Shown piece by piece: positions 8,010-18,919 of a DNA stretch of 64,000 nucleotides (positions within the stretch are counted from its first letter, which is position 1; every line of letters begins with the position of its first letter). The notes below the pieces were generated by a model. That model ran no database searches, was not told the origin of the DNA, and saw nothing but the letters and a program-made list of their open reading frames with translations. The position numbers and the translations under genes were made by a program. Source of the stretch: a virus (lineage: Duplodnaviria; Heunggongvirae; Uroviricota; Caudoviricetes); IMG/VR virus record IMGVR_UViG_3300031759_000002; one strand, given 5' to 3'.

Positions 8010-10331
8010 ATGGCAGACCAAAATAAAGATGTAGATCCAAAAGTTCTTGCGGAGTATAATGAATTGTTAAAAAATAGCAACGATACTCTTACCGACATGC
8101 TTGGGATTTCTGAAAAACTCAATATGAGTTGGAATAATAGGTTACAAAGACAAGGACAATTATCGGCAAGTTTAAATAAAAGTAGAACTGAAGAGTTTGA
8201 AGCCCAAAACGGACTTGGAAAATATTTCGGAATACGAGAAGTAGAACAAAAAAATATTGTGTCTTCCATAAAACAACGAATCAAAGCAGAAGAACAAGAA
8301 ATGGCTCTTCTTAAATACATGAATGAATCCATATTCGCTCCATTTTTATACATCGCCCAGCAGACGTGGAAATTATTTTTAGATATGGATAAAGCGGTTA
8401 CTGTATTTAATAAAACGATGGGAATGTTGAGGCAGAATACTAAAACTATTCAATGGGACGCACAGGCAATCACAATTTCATTGATGGATATGGGAGTAAC
8501 CATCGAAGGTGTTTATAAATCTGCCATTGAATTATCACACGCATATGGAAGTATATACATAACATCGGAAGATTTAGTCAAAACAACCGCACTACTAAGT
8601 GCTCAGTTAGGAGTAGCCGAAGAAATATCTGCTGGATTTTTTAAGAATATGGCAGTTTTATCCGGAACTACAATGGAAAGCCAGAAGAGTATGGCATATA
8701 TGGCTGGAGCATTAAGTAATGCAGCCGGAACTAATTTATCACAAGTAATGGGAGATATAGCATCGAAATCAAGTAATACCTTATCTTTGATGTCCAGAAT
8801 ACCTTCTATAGCAATTAAATCGGCAATTGAGTTTAGACGATTAGGAACTTCAATGGACTCGGTATCAGATGCTTCTCGTCATATTCTTAATTTTACAGAA
8901 AGCGTTCAAGAAGAAATGGAAGCTTCTGTTTTATTGGGACATTCTATAAATCTACAAAAGGCCCGTGAATTGGCATATCATAGAAACTTAGAAGAGTCTA
9001 ATAGAGAAATATTGAGATTAACAAAACAAAATAGATTTAATCAATTAGATGTATTTCAACAAGAGGCATTTGCCAAGGCAACTGGAAGAAGTGTAAGTGA
9101 ATTGATGAATATGGTGCAAGCCGATAAAGAATGGAATAATGCACGACTTAATGGAACTAATGAAGTCAAAAACCAAATTAAAGCATATACTCAGTTGAAA
9201 GAAGCAAATGATAATGTATTAAAAGATAAAACTAAACAATTTGAATTGGATTTACAAACTAAAAGTAACCAAGAAAGAATAGTGGCAATTCAACAAAAAT
9301 GGAATCAATTAGTTGCTCAACTGGGTCTTGTTTTTTTACCTTTTATAGATGGAGTGTTATCAATAGTTCCTGCAATAATTCCGATGATACCTATGTTTTT
9401 AGCTACGGTGTCTTTAATATCACGAATATCATCTGGATTGGAAAATGCAAGATGGGCTACTATTGAAACCGGAAAGGAATTGTCTATTATGTGGAAATAC
9501 ATTTCCAGAATAGAAATCACAATATCAAACGTAGTCGGATGGTTCAAAAAGCTATCTATAATTTCAAAAATAGGAGGTTGGATTTCTAAGTTAGTAGAAT
9601 ATATGAAACCTTTATTTACATTATTTACAGGAAGTTCTAAGTTTGCTACTTTTTTTGGAGCATTCTCAAAAATATTAGGTCCGATTGGACTTGTAATAAC
9701 TGCAATTCAATTTATAATTGATTTATTTGGAAGATGGAAAACTATATGGAATGACCCTAATATGAACTTTGGAACTAAGATTTTAATGGGTCTATTAGCA
9801 ATAGGAGAATCATTATATCATGTGTTAATTGATCCATTTGTAAAAGCGGCTAAATGGATATGGGATAAGTTATGTGGAAAATCACCATCTCAATTAGGAT
9901 TATCAATAGTTAAAGGAATAGTATCAGTTGGCTCTATGTTATATGATGCTTTAACTTATCCGTTTAGACATGTATTTGCTTGGATATTGGATCACATTCC
10001 GGGCATGTCAAAATTTGCGGCAGGATTACGAGCAGGAACCGGTGGAATAGCAACTACAATAAATCATAGTATAGATACATTAACATCTGCGCCTCAGAAA
10101 ACACAAGAACAGGCTATTACCGAGGTTAAACAACAAACTGATAATTCTAAAGAACAAGTAAATCAAAATGAAGATTCCAATAAATTATTACAACAAGTAA
10201 TAGGAGCAATCAATGATTTACGAAAAGATTTGAATGATGGAAAAATCGGAGTTAATATTGATAGTCAACGTTTATCCAGTATTATGTCTAGGAATCTACA
10301 GTTTAGTGGAAATTATGGAACTAATCATTAA
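8010..10331 (+). CDS. tape measure protein
   Basis: 773-aa helical Ala/Leu/Gln-rich protein with hydrophobic C-terminal repeats, in the tail module; ATATTTATA at 7997-8005. Confidence 0.8.
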   Translation: MADQNKDVDPKVLAEYNELLKNSNDTLTDMLGISEKLNMSWNNRLQRQGQLSASLNKSRTEEFEAQNGLGKYFGIREVEQKNIVSSIKQRIKAEEQEMALLKYMNESIFAPFLYIAQQTWKLFLDMDKAVTVFNKTMGMLRQNTKTIQWDAQAITISLMDMGVTIEGVYKSAIELSHAYGSIYITSEDLVKTTALLSAQLGVAEEISAGFFKNMAVLSGTTMESQKSMAYMAGALSNAAGTNLSQVMGDIASKSSNTLSLMSRIPSIAIKSAIEFRRLGTSMDSVSDASRHILNFTESVQEEMEASVLLGHSINLQKARELAYHRNLEESNREILRLTKQNRFNQLDVFQQEAFAKATGRSVSELMNMVQADKEWNNARLNGTNEVKNQIKAYTQLKEANDNVLKDKTKQFELDLQTKSNQERIVAIQQKWNQLVAQLGLVFLPFIDGVLSIVPAIIPMIPMFLATVSLISRISSGLENARWATIETGKELSIMWKYISRIEITISNVVGWFKKLSIISKIGGWISKLVEYMKPLFTLFTGSSKFATFFGAFSKILGPIGLVITAIQFIIDLFGRWKTIWNDPNMNFGTKILMGLLAIGESLYHVLIDPFVKAAKWIWDKLCGKSPSQLGLSIVKGIVSVGSMLYDALTYPFRHVFAWILDHIPGMSKFAAGLRAGTGGIATTINHSIDTLTSAPQKTQEQAITEVKQQTDNSKEQVNQNEDSNKLLQQVIGAINDLRKDLNDGKIGVNIDSQRLSSIMSRNLQFSGNYGTNH

Positions 10332-10337
10332 AATTAT

Positions 10338-12527
10338 ATGGCAAATATTCAACAATTAACCACTATTAAACCATCCGCACCCGGCAGATTAGAATCTGTA
10401 TGGGATAGTGTAAATATACAATTATATCATAAATTAAATCCTCATACATCCGATGGAGAACCTTATGTTTATACCTATATAGATAAATCTAACAAATACC
10501 CAAATACTAAATTAGATTCGTTCATATTCCCAGTTGGTGGATCTCTTCTAGATGTTGATAGAATGGCTCAATTTTTAACGTCGGGTAAAGGATTGATATG
10601 GCTCGGAAAACAATTTTTAATGCAAACCGGAAATGCATTTAATGAAACTAGATTATATTCTCCAACTGAAGTATTAGTATCGGCAGGACGTGGAGCTACG
10701 TTATATATTGTTCCAAGAGTAACTAGACATTTAGATTTATCCGGTGGATTATTAGGAGCATTGACCTCGTTAATAGGTATTTCTACGGGTAATGTAAAAC
10801 CACCCAATGGAACGATTGCAGATGCTCTTCCTAATATAAATTCAACTACCGATGGACATGGATTATTGCGAGCACAGACTGCAAACTCGGGATTAAATAA
10901 ATTAAAATCAAAATGGACTAACAATTCGTCAAACGGTCCAAGTTTTATATCAGCATTGATAGCTAATATAAAACCAGCATCCCAAAAAGGAATATCATTT
11001 AATAGCAGTGAGGGTGCCTACGGAATGATGATAGATGATGAGACATATAGATTGTCATATAATGATAAAAATGGTATAAAACAAGACATTCAGCAACAAT
11101 GGGTAGCTGGGTCAACTATAATTAGGAAAAACGGAGAATATCCGGTGGATGCGTCTCGATTATTTGTAACGGTTGATACGAATGGAAATATTACGAATAA
11201 TATTGTATTAACATCTACTTTAGTAAATGGTAGTATTAGCGGAGTTGGAAAGGTTGGATATAATACAAATCAAAGTACGAATACATTAAAATCCGGCTAT
11301 AGGTATGGCGACAATGTAGGTTCTAATATTGCCAATTCTGGTCCATTTACAAATTCGGATATAATGTATCAATTTTACGATTATGCAGATTCATCAAAAA
11401 ATTATCCAAGTAAAAAAACAGACTCATTATCGGTTAGTTCGTATAATACTTTAATGCAATCTGTATTGATTGATATAACAAATACCGGATTTGTATCAAA
11501 TTCGGGGAAATCTACATACAATACAAATCCTAAACAAAATTCCAGCATATTACAAAATAATAATACCACCATAAATGGATATAATAAATTATTTAATACA
11601 AAAAATAAAACTGATAGTAATCGTGGATTAACCTATCAATATGGGGTATTAAAAGAATATAGAGACTCCTCTACTAAATTAGTATCCGATGATATTGCAA
11701 CTCAATTAGAAAATTCCCTACGACTACCTTCTTCATTGGCATTTGATGCTATCAATACATTAACAGTATTAGATGTAAATAAAAAAGGAACTGGACCAAT
11801 GGTTGGATGGAGCAATGTAACTTGGAAACCATATACTCATGACCAATTAGCATTTTACTTTTATGATATCGTAAATCAAAAATATATTCCTTTTAGAGCA
11901 ACTATAAAGGGATTGGCGGCAAACGATAGTGCTACATATGATGAGTTTTCTTTTATAGGAAGAGCCGATAAAATATTTAATTATTCCGGATTTTCCAGAG
12001 ATTTATCATTTAATTTTAAAATTATAATAAATAGTATAGTTGAACTGGCACCTACTTGGCAAAGAATTAATTATTTAACAACCGCAGTTAAACCTTCAAA
12101 TTATACATCAGGAGGAACTCAAGGAGTAAACAACATTACAAATAGATATATAATTCCTCCGATGTATTATATAACAATCGGGGATATGTATAAAAATCAA
12201 CCATGTATTATAAAATCGGTGAATCTTACAGTTCCTGAAGATGCAAGTTGGGAAACAACCAGTCAAGAAAGCGGAGTTTCGTGGTCTCATTTGGCAAACT
12301 ATATTACGTCTCCGAGTACGACTAATTATGGTCAATTACCAAGAGAAGTTGATATTGCAGTATCTATGAACTTATTGGAAAAAGAACAACCTATTGCGGG
12401 CGGTGCTAATTTTGGAAACGCTCCTCGCACTAATGTATTTACTTCTAATGCTTGGAATACTGCAATTCCACTTGGAAAATCTCCAACCCCAATGGATCAA
12501 AGTTTAGTTGTATCGGTATCTTCATAA
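10338..12527 (+). CDS. baseplate / tail tube initiator-like structural protein
   Basis: Asn/Ser/Thr-rich; C-terminal YIPFRATIKGL...IGRADKIFNYSGFSRDLSFNF...ITIGDMY domain typical of myovirus baseplate proteins. Confidence 0.65.
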   Translation: MANIQQLTTIKPSAPGRLESVWDSVNIQLYHKLNPHTSDGEPYVYTYIDKSNKYPNTKLDSFIFPVGGSLLDVDRMAQFLTSGKGLIWLGKQFLMQTGNAFNETRLYSPTEVLVSAGRGATLYIVPRVTRHLDLSGGLLGALTSLIGISTGNVKPPNGTIADALPNINSTTDGHGLLRAQTANSGLNKLKSKWTNNSSNGPSFISALIANIKPASQKGISFNSSEGAYGMMIDDETYRLSYNDKNGIKQDIQQQWVAGSTIIRKNGEYPVDASRLFVTVDTNGNITNNIVLTSTLVNGSISGVGKVGYNTNQSTNTLKSGYRYGDNVGSNIANSGPFTNSDIMYQFYDYADSSKNYPSKKTDSLSVSSYNTLMQSVLIDITNTGFVSNSGKSTYNTNPKQNSSILQNNNTTINGYNKLFNTKNKTDSNRGLTYQYGVLKEYRDSSTKLVSDDIATQLENSLRLPSSLAFDAINTLTVLDVNKKGTGPMVGWSNVTWKPYTHDQLAFYFYDIVNQKYIPFRATIKGLAANDSATYDEFSFIGRADKIFNYSGFSRDLSFNFKIIINSIVELAPTWQRINYLTTAVKPSNYTSGGTQGVNNITNRYIIPPMYYITIGDMYKNQPCIIKSVNLTVPEDASWETTSQESGVSWSHLANYITSPSTTNYGQLPREVDIAVSMNLLEKEQPIAGGANFGNAPRTNVFTSNAWNTAIPLGKSPTPMDQSLVVSVSS

Positions 12528-12539
12528 TACATATAATAT

Positions 12540-12854
12540 ATGGTAAATAATTATTCATCACGATATTCTAACATTTCATCTTCTATAAGATGGGACGGAA
12601 AACAAATATACTCATCGGTTACATACCCATTAGTTACTCCTCAAGATAGTGATATAGTAATAATCACAAATGACACTATGTATTTAGATGTATTGGCATA
12701 TAAGTATTATAATGATTATTCTCTTTATTGGATTATATCATTGGCAAATAACGGATTGGGAAATGGTCGATTATCGGTTCCGGCTGGTATTCAACTTAGA
12801 ATACCTATAAATGTCAATTCTATAATAACCCAATTCAACAATCTAAATAGTTAG
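12540..12854 (+). CDS. LysM/gpX-like baseplate wedge protein
   Basis: YLDVLAYKYYNDYSLYWIISLAN...GIQLRIP. Confidence 0.8.
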   Translation: MVNNYSSRYSNISSSIRWDGKQIYSSVTYPLVTPQDSDIVIITNDTMYLDVLAYKYYNDYSLYWIISLANNGLGNGRLSVPAGIQLRIPINVNSIITQFNNLNS

Positions 12855-12906
12855 AGTTTTTTGTATAGAGTTATATATTTATATGTAGAACAAAAAATAA
12901 AAAGTT

Positions 12907-13059
12907 ATGGGAAGACATAAAATATATAAAACTAAAGAAGAAAAATATGAAGCCGAACTTAAATGGAAACGAGAGTGGTATGAAAGAAACTCAGACCGAA
13001 TTAGACAAGAACGTATGCGAAAATACTGGAGAGAAAAAATGGACGAAAAAATGTCCTAA
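12907..13059 (+). CDS. 50-aa basic leader protein upstream of an endonuclease (not in ORF track)
   Basis: Hand translation MGRHKIYKTKEEKYEAELKWKREWYERNSDRIRQERMRKYWREKMDEKMS*; late motif at 12875-12883; paralog at 41108-41260. Confidence 0.7.
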   Translation: MGRHKIYKTKEEKYEAELKWKREWYERNSDRIRQERMRKYWREKMDEKMS

Positions 13060-13822
13060 ATGTGGTAAAGAACAAATATATTCTTGTAAAAAATCATTAA
13101 TATTAAATACAAGAAATAATTCTAACTGTAGAAACTGTGCTACTAAAGAGAGCGGAAAAACAAAAAATAAATTATTTTTCTATACTAATGAATATAAAGA
13201 AAAAATGAGTAATGTCACGTCAAGAAGGTTAAAAGAACATCCGGTATCTTTGGAAACTAAATTAAAATTGAAAGAACAAGCAATTTTACAATGGAAAAAT
13301 CCAGATTTTAGAAAAAAAATAAAGCCTATAATGGAATCTCACGAATATCGTAAAAAACATCAAATCAATAGTAAAAAAATGTGGTCGAATGAATCTCATA
13401 TAGATAATATGAAAAATATTCATAATTCAGAAGAATATAGAAAAAAAAGAAGAATTATTACACAAAATATATTAAATATAAAATATAAAGATGGAAAACT
13501 TTTCAATTATAATAAAATTGCATGTGAGTTTATAGATAAAATAAATAAAATTGGAAATTATAATTTCCAACATGCAGAAAACGGAGGAGAATATAAAATT
13601 GCTGGATATTTTTTGGATGGTTATGATAAAGATAAAAATATTGTATTTGAATATGATGAATCTCATCATTATGATATAAATGGAATATTACATAAATCTG
13701 ATGTTGATAGACAGAACAATATAATTAAAGAGTTAAGAGATTGTAATTTTTGGAGATTCAATGAGAGAAAACAATTATTATATGATGCTTTAACCAATGA
13801 TGAGATTATTTTATGTCAATAA
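12947..13822 (+). CDS. homing endonuclease-like protein (Zn ribbon + Vsr-like nuclease)
   Basis: CPKC/CRNC, YFLDGYDKDKNIVFEYDESHH; the true start is uncertain because of the overlap with the upstream peptide. Confidence 0.78.
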   Translation: MKPNLNGNESGMKETQTELDKNVCENTGEKKWTKKCPKCGKEQIYSCKKSLILNTRNNSNCRNCATKESGKTKNKLFFYTNEYKEKMSNVTSRRLKEHPVSLETKLKLKEQAILQWKNPDFRKKIKPIMESHEYRKKHQINSKKMWSNESHIDNMKNIHNSEEYRKKRRIITQNILNIKYKDGKLFNYNKIACEFIDKINKIGNYNFQHAENGGEYKIAGYFLDGYDKDKNIVFEYDESHHYDINGILHKSDVDRQNNIIKELRDCNFWRFNERKQLLYDALTNDEIILCQ

Positions 13823-16275
13823 CTTCGATTCCAAATTTGATTCCATGGTATCCATGTAACATCCCAATTCAAATACAATCAGAATTAACAAGAAGAGAAG
13901 GTGATAATAGAGGATTGAATTATGTAAATGCTAATAATGGGGATTGGGGTAATACTACTGGAAATTGGTCTAAATATAGAGGACCACAAACTCCGTGGAT
14001 TAGAGTTACAAGTAACGGACAAGGTATGGAAACCGGTGTAAACGCAAATAAACCCGGATTTATATTAGCATCTCCTTCTGATTTTTTTAGCACTTATGGA
14101 TTTTCCAGAACTAGCGGATACAATGAAAGTATTATAGGATTTCAGCCTAATTCCTCATTTACTCCACATACTCTAATAAATAATAATAGAACTTCTACAT
14201 ATCCAATTCAAGTTCCCAGCCCTCAAATTGAAAGTATAAATATAATTATTCAACATGAATTATATAGAAAGGCAACTATAAATTGGGTTTGTTTTTCCAG
14301 AGCACAATTGGAATATATGACTCCTTATTTTTTAGTTCCTTCTATAACATTTGTATTGGAATGGGGATGGAATAATTTTAATCCTATGAATTTGATAGAT
14401 GTAACCAGTGTTCCAAATTTAAATACATTATTCCGAGACCCATATCCACTATATACACAGAATATTTTAGGTTCAAATGGAAATTACGACGTAATGCTTG
14501 GAACAGTTAGTAATTTTAATTGGTCAGTCGAAGGAACTACCATTAAGTGTATGACTGAAATTTCTTCCAGAGATAGAATGTATTCGGGATTGATAATTAA
14601 TTCCACTACTGAAGATGTTCCGGTTGATAGCGATGGGAAAGATACGACTTCAAATACATCCAATGCAAAATTGCCATTCGGAAGTTTAATTGATTTCGTA
14701 GATGAGAGAATAGATTTATTAAAATCCGTAATTGACAAAAACAGCAATCTTCATAAAGGAACTCCTGAAACATCGGATGAAGTATTTTTGAATAAGTTCA
14801 TAAAATATTTAAAACAGAAACATGAAGATAATTGGAAAGAATATCTTTATGGTATATTTTATGGAAGAGATATTAACTCTGAAAACAATCTCATAAATAC
14901 GTTCGTACATAGGGAAGATGATTTTGATATAACTTCTCCCTTGGCAAATACGTGGATTAACTTAGGACTTATCATTGAAATATTTAATTATTGTAATGTG
15001 GATTATTCGACTATTAGTGGAGGAGAGTTTTTTAGAATTGACATAGATGACATTTTAATAACTGGGCATAAAAACATGATATCGAGCGATGGTGGAATAT
15101 TATTGATTCCCAATACATTTGCACCTAAATATTTTTATGGACAGGATGCACAAGCTACAAATAATATATCAAATGATGATATAACACAATTATCAATATG
15201 TTCTAATTTTATTAAACCTCAAAATGAAGATGCCGCCGACAAAAGGTTATATCATGTATGTATTCAATTGGGAGGGACATATCGAGATAATTTAGATGAA
15301 CTTATTAACAGTGGAAGATATAACAATGGAGTTTCTCCGGTGGATTCCATATGTGAGTTTCCAACGGTAAGAACTGGAACTTTTGAAAATGGATATTTAA
15401 AAAATTTATATGTAAATGTTAATTTTCTTAAAAAATTAGTGCATGATGATGGAATTATTACTTATACTGATTTAATAGATAAAATGATGTCTTCTATAAG
15501 TTCAGCATGTGGAAATTTCTGGGATTTTAGATTAGTATCTTCAACCGGAAATCCCGTTCCAGATGGAAATCAATCGACTATGAAAATAATCGATACTAAA
15601 TATATTCCTGATAATGTAGGGACTCCATTTATATTTGAATATATGACAGATAATTCAATCTTGACAGGAATGGAGTTTAAGCCTACTATTAGTTCGGGTC
15701 AAGCGATACGTTCATTATATGCGGCTACTAATATACGAAAAAACGCCGATACAAAATCAAATAATGGAACTAATGAATTATTAGACTATATGTTTAGAGA
15801 CCGATTATTTTTAGATGATTCCATCAAAAACTCCAACGATGTAAAAAATGATAAACCAAAAAACGATGGAATTACATTGATGAAGGATTTACAAACTTTA
15901 TCGGCAACTCCTGAAATGTTTCAATTAACTACGGTTTCCGATGATAAAACTATTATACGACGACTAGTACTTCCCGCATCTGATGTTGTTAATATGTTAA
16001 TGGACGATGGAGATTATGATAATAATCCAACGTATGTTGGAATAATGCCCGGTATACAAGCTACTTTTACTATTCAAGGTATAGGTGGGTTACGAACATT
16101 TATGATGTTTTTAGTTCGAGGTCTTCCTGAACCATATAGTGAAACAAATATTATATTTAGAATAACAAATATTACTGAAAATATAGAAGCCGGAAAATGG
16201 ACGACTACAATCACGGCTGGAGTAATTCCACTCCGAAACGGAGTTCGAACAAAAATTGGTCTTCTTCCCGTTTAA
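13813..16275 (+). CDS. baseplate hub protein (gp27/gpD-like)
   Basis: Large structural ORF; RKATINWVCFS, FVLEWGW, YDVMLGTVSNFNWS, C-terminal FRITNITENIEAGKWTTTITA. Confidence 0.65.
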   Translation: MSITSIPNLIPWYPCNIPIQIQSELTRREGDNRGLNYVNANNGDWGNTTGNWSKYRGPQTPWIRVTSNGQGMETGVNANKPGFILASPSDFFSTYGFSRTSGYNESIIGFQPNSSFTPHTLINNNRTSTYPIQVPSPQIESINIIIQHELYRKATINWVCFSRAQLEYMTPYFLVPSITFVLEWGWNNFNPMNLIDVTSVPNLNTLFRDPYPLYTQNILGSNGNYDVMLGTVSNFNWSVEGTTIKCMTEISSRDRMYSGLIINSTTEDVPVDSDGKDTTSNTSNAKLPFGSLIDFVDERIDLLKSVIDKNSNLHKGTPETSDEVFLNKFIKYLKQKHEDNWKEYLYGIFYGRDINSENNLINTFVHREDDFDITSPLANTWINLGLIIEIFNYCNVDYSTISGGEFFRIDIDDILITGHKNMISSDGGILLIPNTFAPKYFYGQDAQATNNISNDDITQLSICSNFIKPQNEDAADKRLYHVCIQLGGTYRDNLDELINSGRYNNGVSPVDSICEFPTVRTGTFENGYLKNLYVNVNFLKKLVHDDGIITYTDLIDKMMSSISSACGNFWDFRLVSSTGNPVPDGNQSTMKIIDTKYIPDNVGTPFIFEYMTDNSILTGMEFKPTISSGQAIRSLYAATNIRKNADTKSNNGTNELLDYMFRDRLFLDDSIKNSNDVKNDKPKNDGITLMKDLQTLSATPEMFQLTTVSDDKTIIRRLVLPASDVVNMLMDDGDYDNNPTYVGIMPGIQATFTIQGIGGLRTFMMFLVRGLPEPYSETNIIFRITNITENIEAGKWTTTITAGVIPLRNGVRTKIGLLPV

Positions 16276-16318
16276 AAATACTTGAGTTTTTAATCAGTTC
16301 TGATACTATGTCCGTTCA

Positions 16319-17668
16319 ATGATTGAAAATAAATTAGATTTTGAACGGTTCATCAGTTCTATAGGAACGGATGCATTGGCAATTCATATTATTCCAATCG
16401 ACTATAAATTACATTCGGCTGAAAATAAAATAAGTGTAATTTTTATTAAACATATAAAATCAGAGATGACTTATTATATATCTATAAATCATCCAGATTC
16501 TTCTTTATCAACCGAATTAAAAATACAGTTTTTACAATTTATATTGTCATCGGAAAACATAAAATGGGTAATTGATAAAAAATCATTTATCCAACTATTG
16601 AATTGTAAGAATGTATATGATATAAATTTATCCTCTTATTTAAACGATAATGAAATTTTAAAATTAACCGATTATTCAACATCGGCGCATGATTTTATTT
16701 ATCGAACATACGATAATATTGGGAAGTTAAATCAAACAATACCGATATTAAAACATTTGGAAATGTTTGAAGATATATGGATTGATATTAACCCGTTGAT
16801 TAACTCTTCTAACTTAGATATTGCTTTTAATAGTATAAATAATAATATTATTCCGGCATTATCCAGAATTGAAAAAAATGGAATATATGTAGATAGAGAG
16901 TTATATTATAAACAATATTCACAATATCCAGTCAATAATATTATATATAGTGAATATAATTTATACACTTCAACTGGAAGACCATCTAATAAGTTTAACA
17001 ATATCAATTTTGCAGCACTGAATAATTTCGATGGAACCAGAGATAAGTTTATTTCCAGATATGGAAAAGATGGTAAAATGGCATTGGTGGATTACAGTGC
17101 ATTTCATCCTCGTATAATATGTTATCTGACTAATTATACATTGGATACTTCAATCGATATTTATGAATATTTGGCAAAATTATATTTTCAAAAACAAAAT
17201 ATATCCGTAGACGAAATAAAAGAAGCCAAACGAATCACATTTAGACAACTTTATGGCGGTATCGAAGATAAATATTCTCATATAAAATATTTATCAAACT
17301 TAAAAACTTATGTGTTTGATAAATGGGAGTTTTTCAAATCTAATGGATATATTCTAACCCCTATATTTAATCGAAAAATAACAACCAAGCATATATTAGA
17401 CCCAAATCCATATAAATTATTTAATTATATTTTACAAGCATTTGAAGGAGAACTTGCAATTTCCCGACTTAATTTAGTGGAAGAATATTTGAAGAATAAA
17501 AAAACGATGCCAATATTATATACATATGATTCAATTCTATATGATTTTTATATCCCAGATGGGGAAGAAGTATTGGATGAAGTTGTAAAAATTATGTCGT
17601 TTAATTCCATATTTCCAGTTAAAAGCTATATTGGAGATTCATATGGAAGTCTTCAATTGCAATTTTAA
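16319..17668 (+). CDS. polA: compact, divergent family-A DNA polymerase
   Basis: TSTGRPS, motif A VDYSAFHPR, motif B AKRITFRQLYGG, NYILQ, motif C YTYDSILYD; sigma70-like promoter at 16282-16309. Confidence 0.8.
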   Translation: MIENKLDFERFISSIGTDALAIHIIPIDYKLHSAENKISVIFIKHIKSEMTYYISINHPDSSLSTELKIQFLQFILSSENIKWVIDKKSFIQLLNCKNVYDINLSSYLNDNEILKLTDYSTSAHDFIYRTYDNIGKLNQTIPILKHLEMFEDIWIDINPLINSSNLDIAFNSINNNIIPALSRIEKNGIYVDRELYYKQYSQYPVNNIIYSEYNLYTSTGRPSNKFNNINFAALNNFDGTRDKFISRYGKDGKMALVDYSAFHPRIICYLTNYTLDTSIDIYEYLAKLYFQKQNISVDEIKEAKRITFRQLYGGIEDKYSHIKYLSNLKTYVFDKWEFFKSNGYILTPIFNRKITTKHILDPNPYKLFNYILQAFEGELAISRLNLVEEYLKNKKTMPILYTYDSILYDFYIPDGEEVLDEVVKIMSFNSIFPVKSYIGDSYGSLQLQF

Positions 17669-17711
17669 ATATAAAATGTATTTCATAAAAACTGGTATAT
17701 ATTTATAATAT

Positions 17712-18380
17712 ATGGAAAGTTTATTTGATTACATTTTATCAGAAGTATCTATCGACCAAAGGGTTACGGATGGAATATTTAATATGGAAAATAACAATCA
17801 TATGGATGTTTTATATGAGTATTTTGTTAACCATGGATTGTCTGAAATAGAATCATTAAAAATTACAAATGGAATGGTAGAGGGAAAGTTTCCCGATAGA
17901 CAAGCGTTTAGTATAAACAGTGGAAGAACTACGACATTTTCATCAAAGGAAAAACGGGATGCCGCAATTAAATCTGGAACTCATACATTAAAAGAACCAG
18001 CGAAACCAAAGGTAACTGAACCATCTGAAAAACCATTATCAATACCTTCTAAAAATGAACCTAATGACGAAGAGCCTCAACAACCAAAACATGAGCCGAA
18101 TATATTTCAAAACGGGCATCAATTAGCAGTAGAGCCAATCGGAGGAAAATCACAAGATATAGATGTTGATAAGCCATCGGTAACGCCTAATCAACCACAG
18201 ACTCCGAATCAAGTTGCGGCAACTAAACAAGTAGTTAAACAAATAATTGGTGGAGATAACACTACACTTTCAAATCTAGTTCCTCCTCTTAATTTAAAAG
18301 AAGAATTATCAATTCTTTTAAAAGAAGCGAATCGTTTAAATTTAAAAGAAGCAGTTACTTTTTTAATAGACCACCTTTAA
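17712..18380 (+). CDS. hypothetical late protein
   Basis: ORF with Pro/Gln-rich linker; ATATTTATA at 17699-17707. Confidence 0.7.
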   Translation: MESLFDYILSEVSIDQRVTDGIFNMENNNHMDVLYEYFVNHGLSEIESLKITNGMVEGKFPDRQAFSINSGRTTTFSSKEKRDAAIKSGTHTLKEPAKPKVTEPSEKPLSIPSKNEPNDEEPQQPKHEPNIFQNGHQLAVEPIGGKSQDIDVDKPSVTPNQPQTPNQVAATKQVVKQIIGGDNTTLSNLVPPLNLKEELSILLKEANRLNLKEAVTFLIDHL

Positions 18381-18405
18381 GCATGAGTAGAACACAATAT
18401 ACCCC

Positions 18406-18792
18406 ATGTACTCGATAAATCGACAACTCCTATGTACGTTTTGTAACTACGATAATATAAATAAAACTTTAGATTTAATATATAATACTTACACTCAATG
18501 TAATAGAATATTTATATTTTCAAATGTAAATAACAAACAAGAATGTTATTTAACGTACAACGTGATTAACAATATTAAAAAACTTCCAAGCACAATTTTA
18601 ATACATCGAAAAAAAGAGTTTAATATTTTATATACCATAAATAGTTTAAATCAATTGATACGAGATGAAAATGGAGGAGTGTTTGATAAAACTTATATGG
18701 TACAATGGGAATTGTATAAAAACTCCCTTATTATCAATGGAGATATTTCTGTTAAAATTATTCCGTTACAATTTGAACGAATGGGATCTTAA
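18406..18792 (+). CDS. conserved hypothetical phage protein
   Basis: QLLCTFC...IHRKKEFNILYTINSLN motif; intact ORF. Confidence 0.7.
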   Translation: MYSINRQLLCTFCNYDNINKTLDLIYNTYTQCNRIFIFSNVNNKQECYLTYNVINNIKKLPSTILIHRKKEFNILYTINSLNQLIRDENGGVFDKTYMVQWELYKNSLIINGDISVKIIPLQFERMGS

Positions 18793-18919
18793 AAAAAGTT
18801 GTAATATTTTTGATTTTTTGCTAAACTCATTTATAGTTATTAGAGGTTAGAAGATGGAACATAATTATAGTTTTTGATTTTGACCGAAAATAATTAAACA
18901 ATTAACTAAATTAAAAATT

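Noticed and set aside
17669-17725. Start-burying hairpins before 17712, 20631, 31301, 41260(-) and 55367(-)
   Set aside because: Only 5-7-bp or bulged AU-rich stems, which cannot be distinguished from chance without folding statistics.
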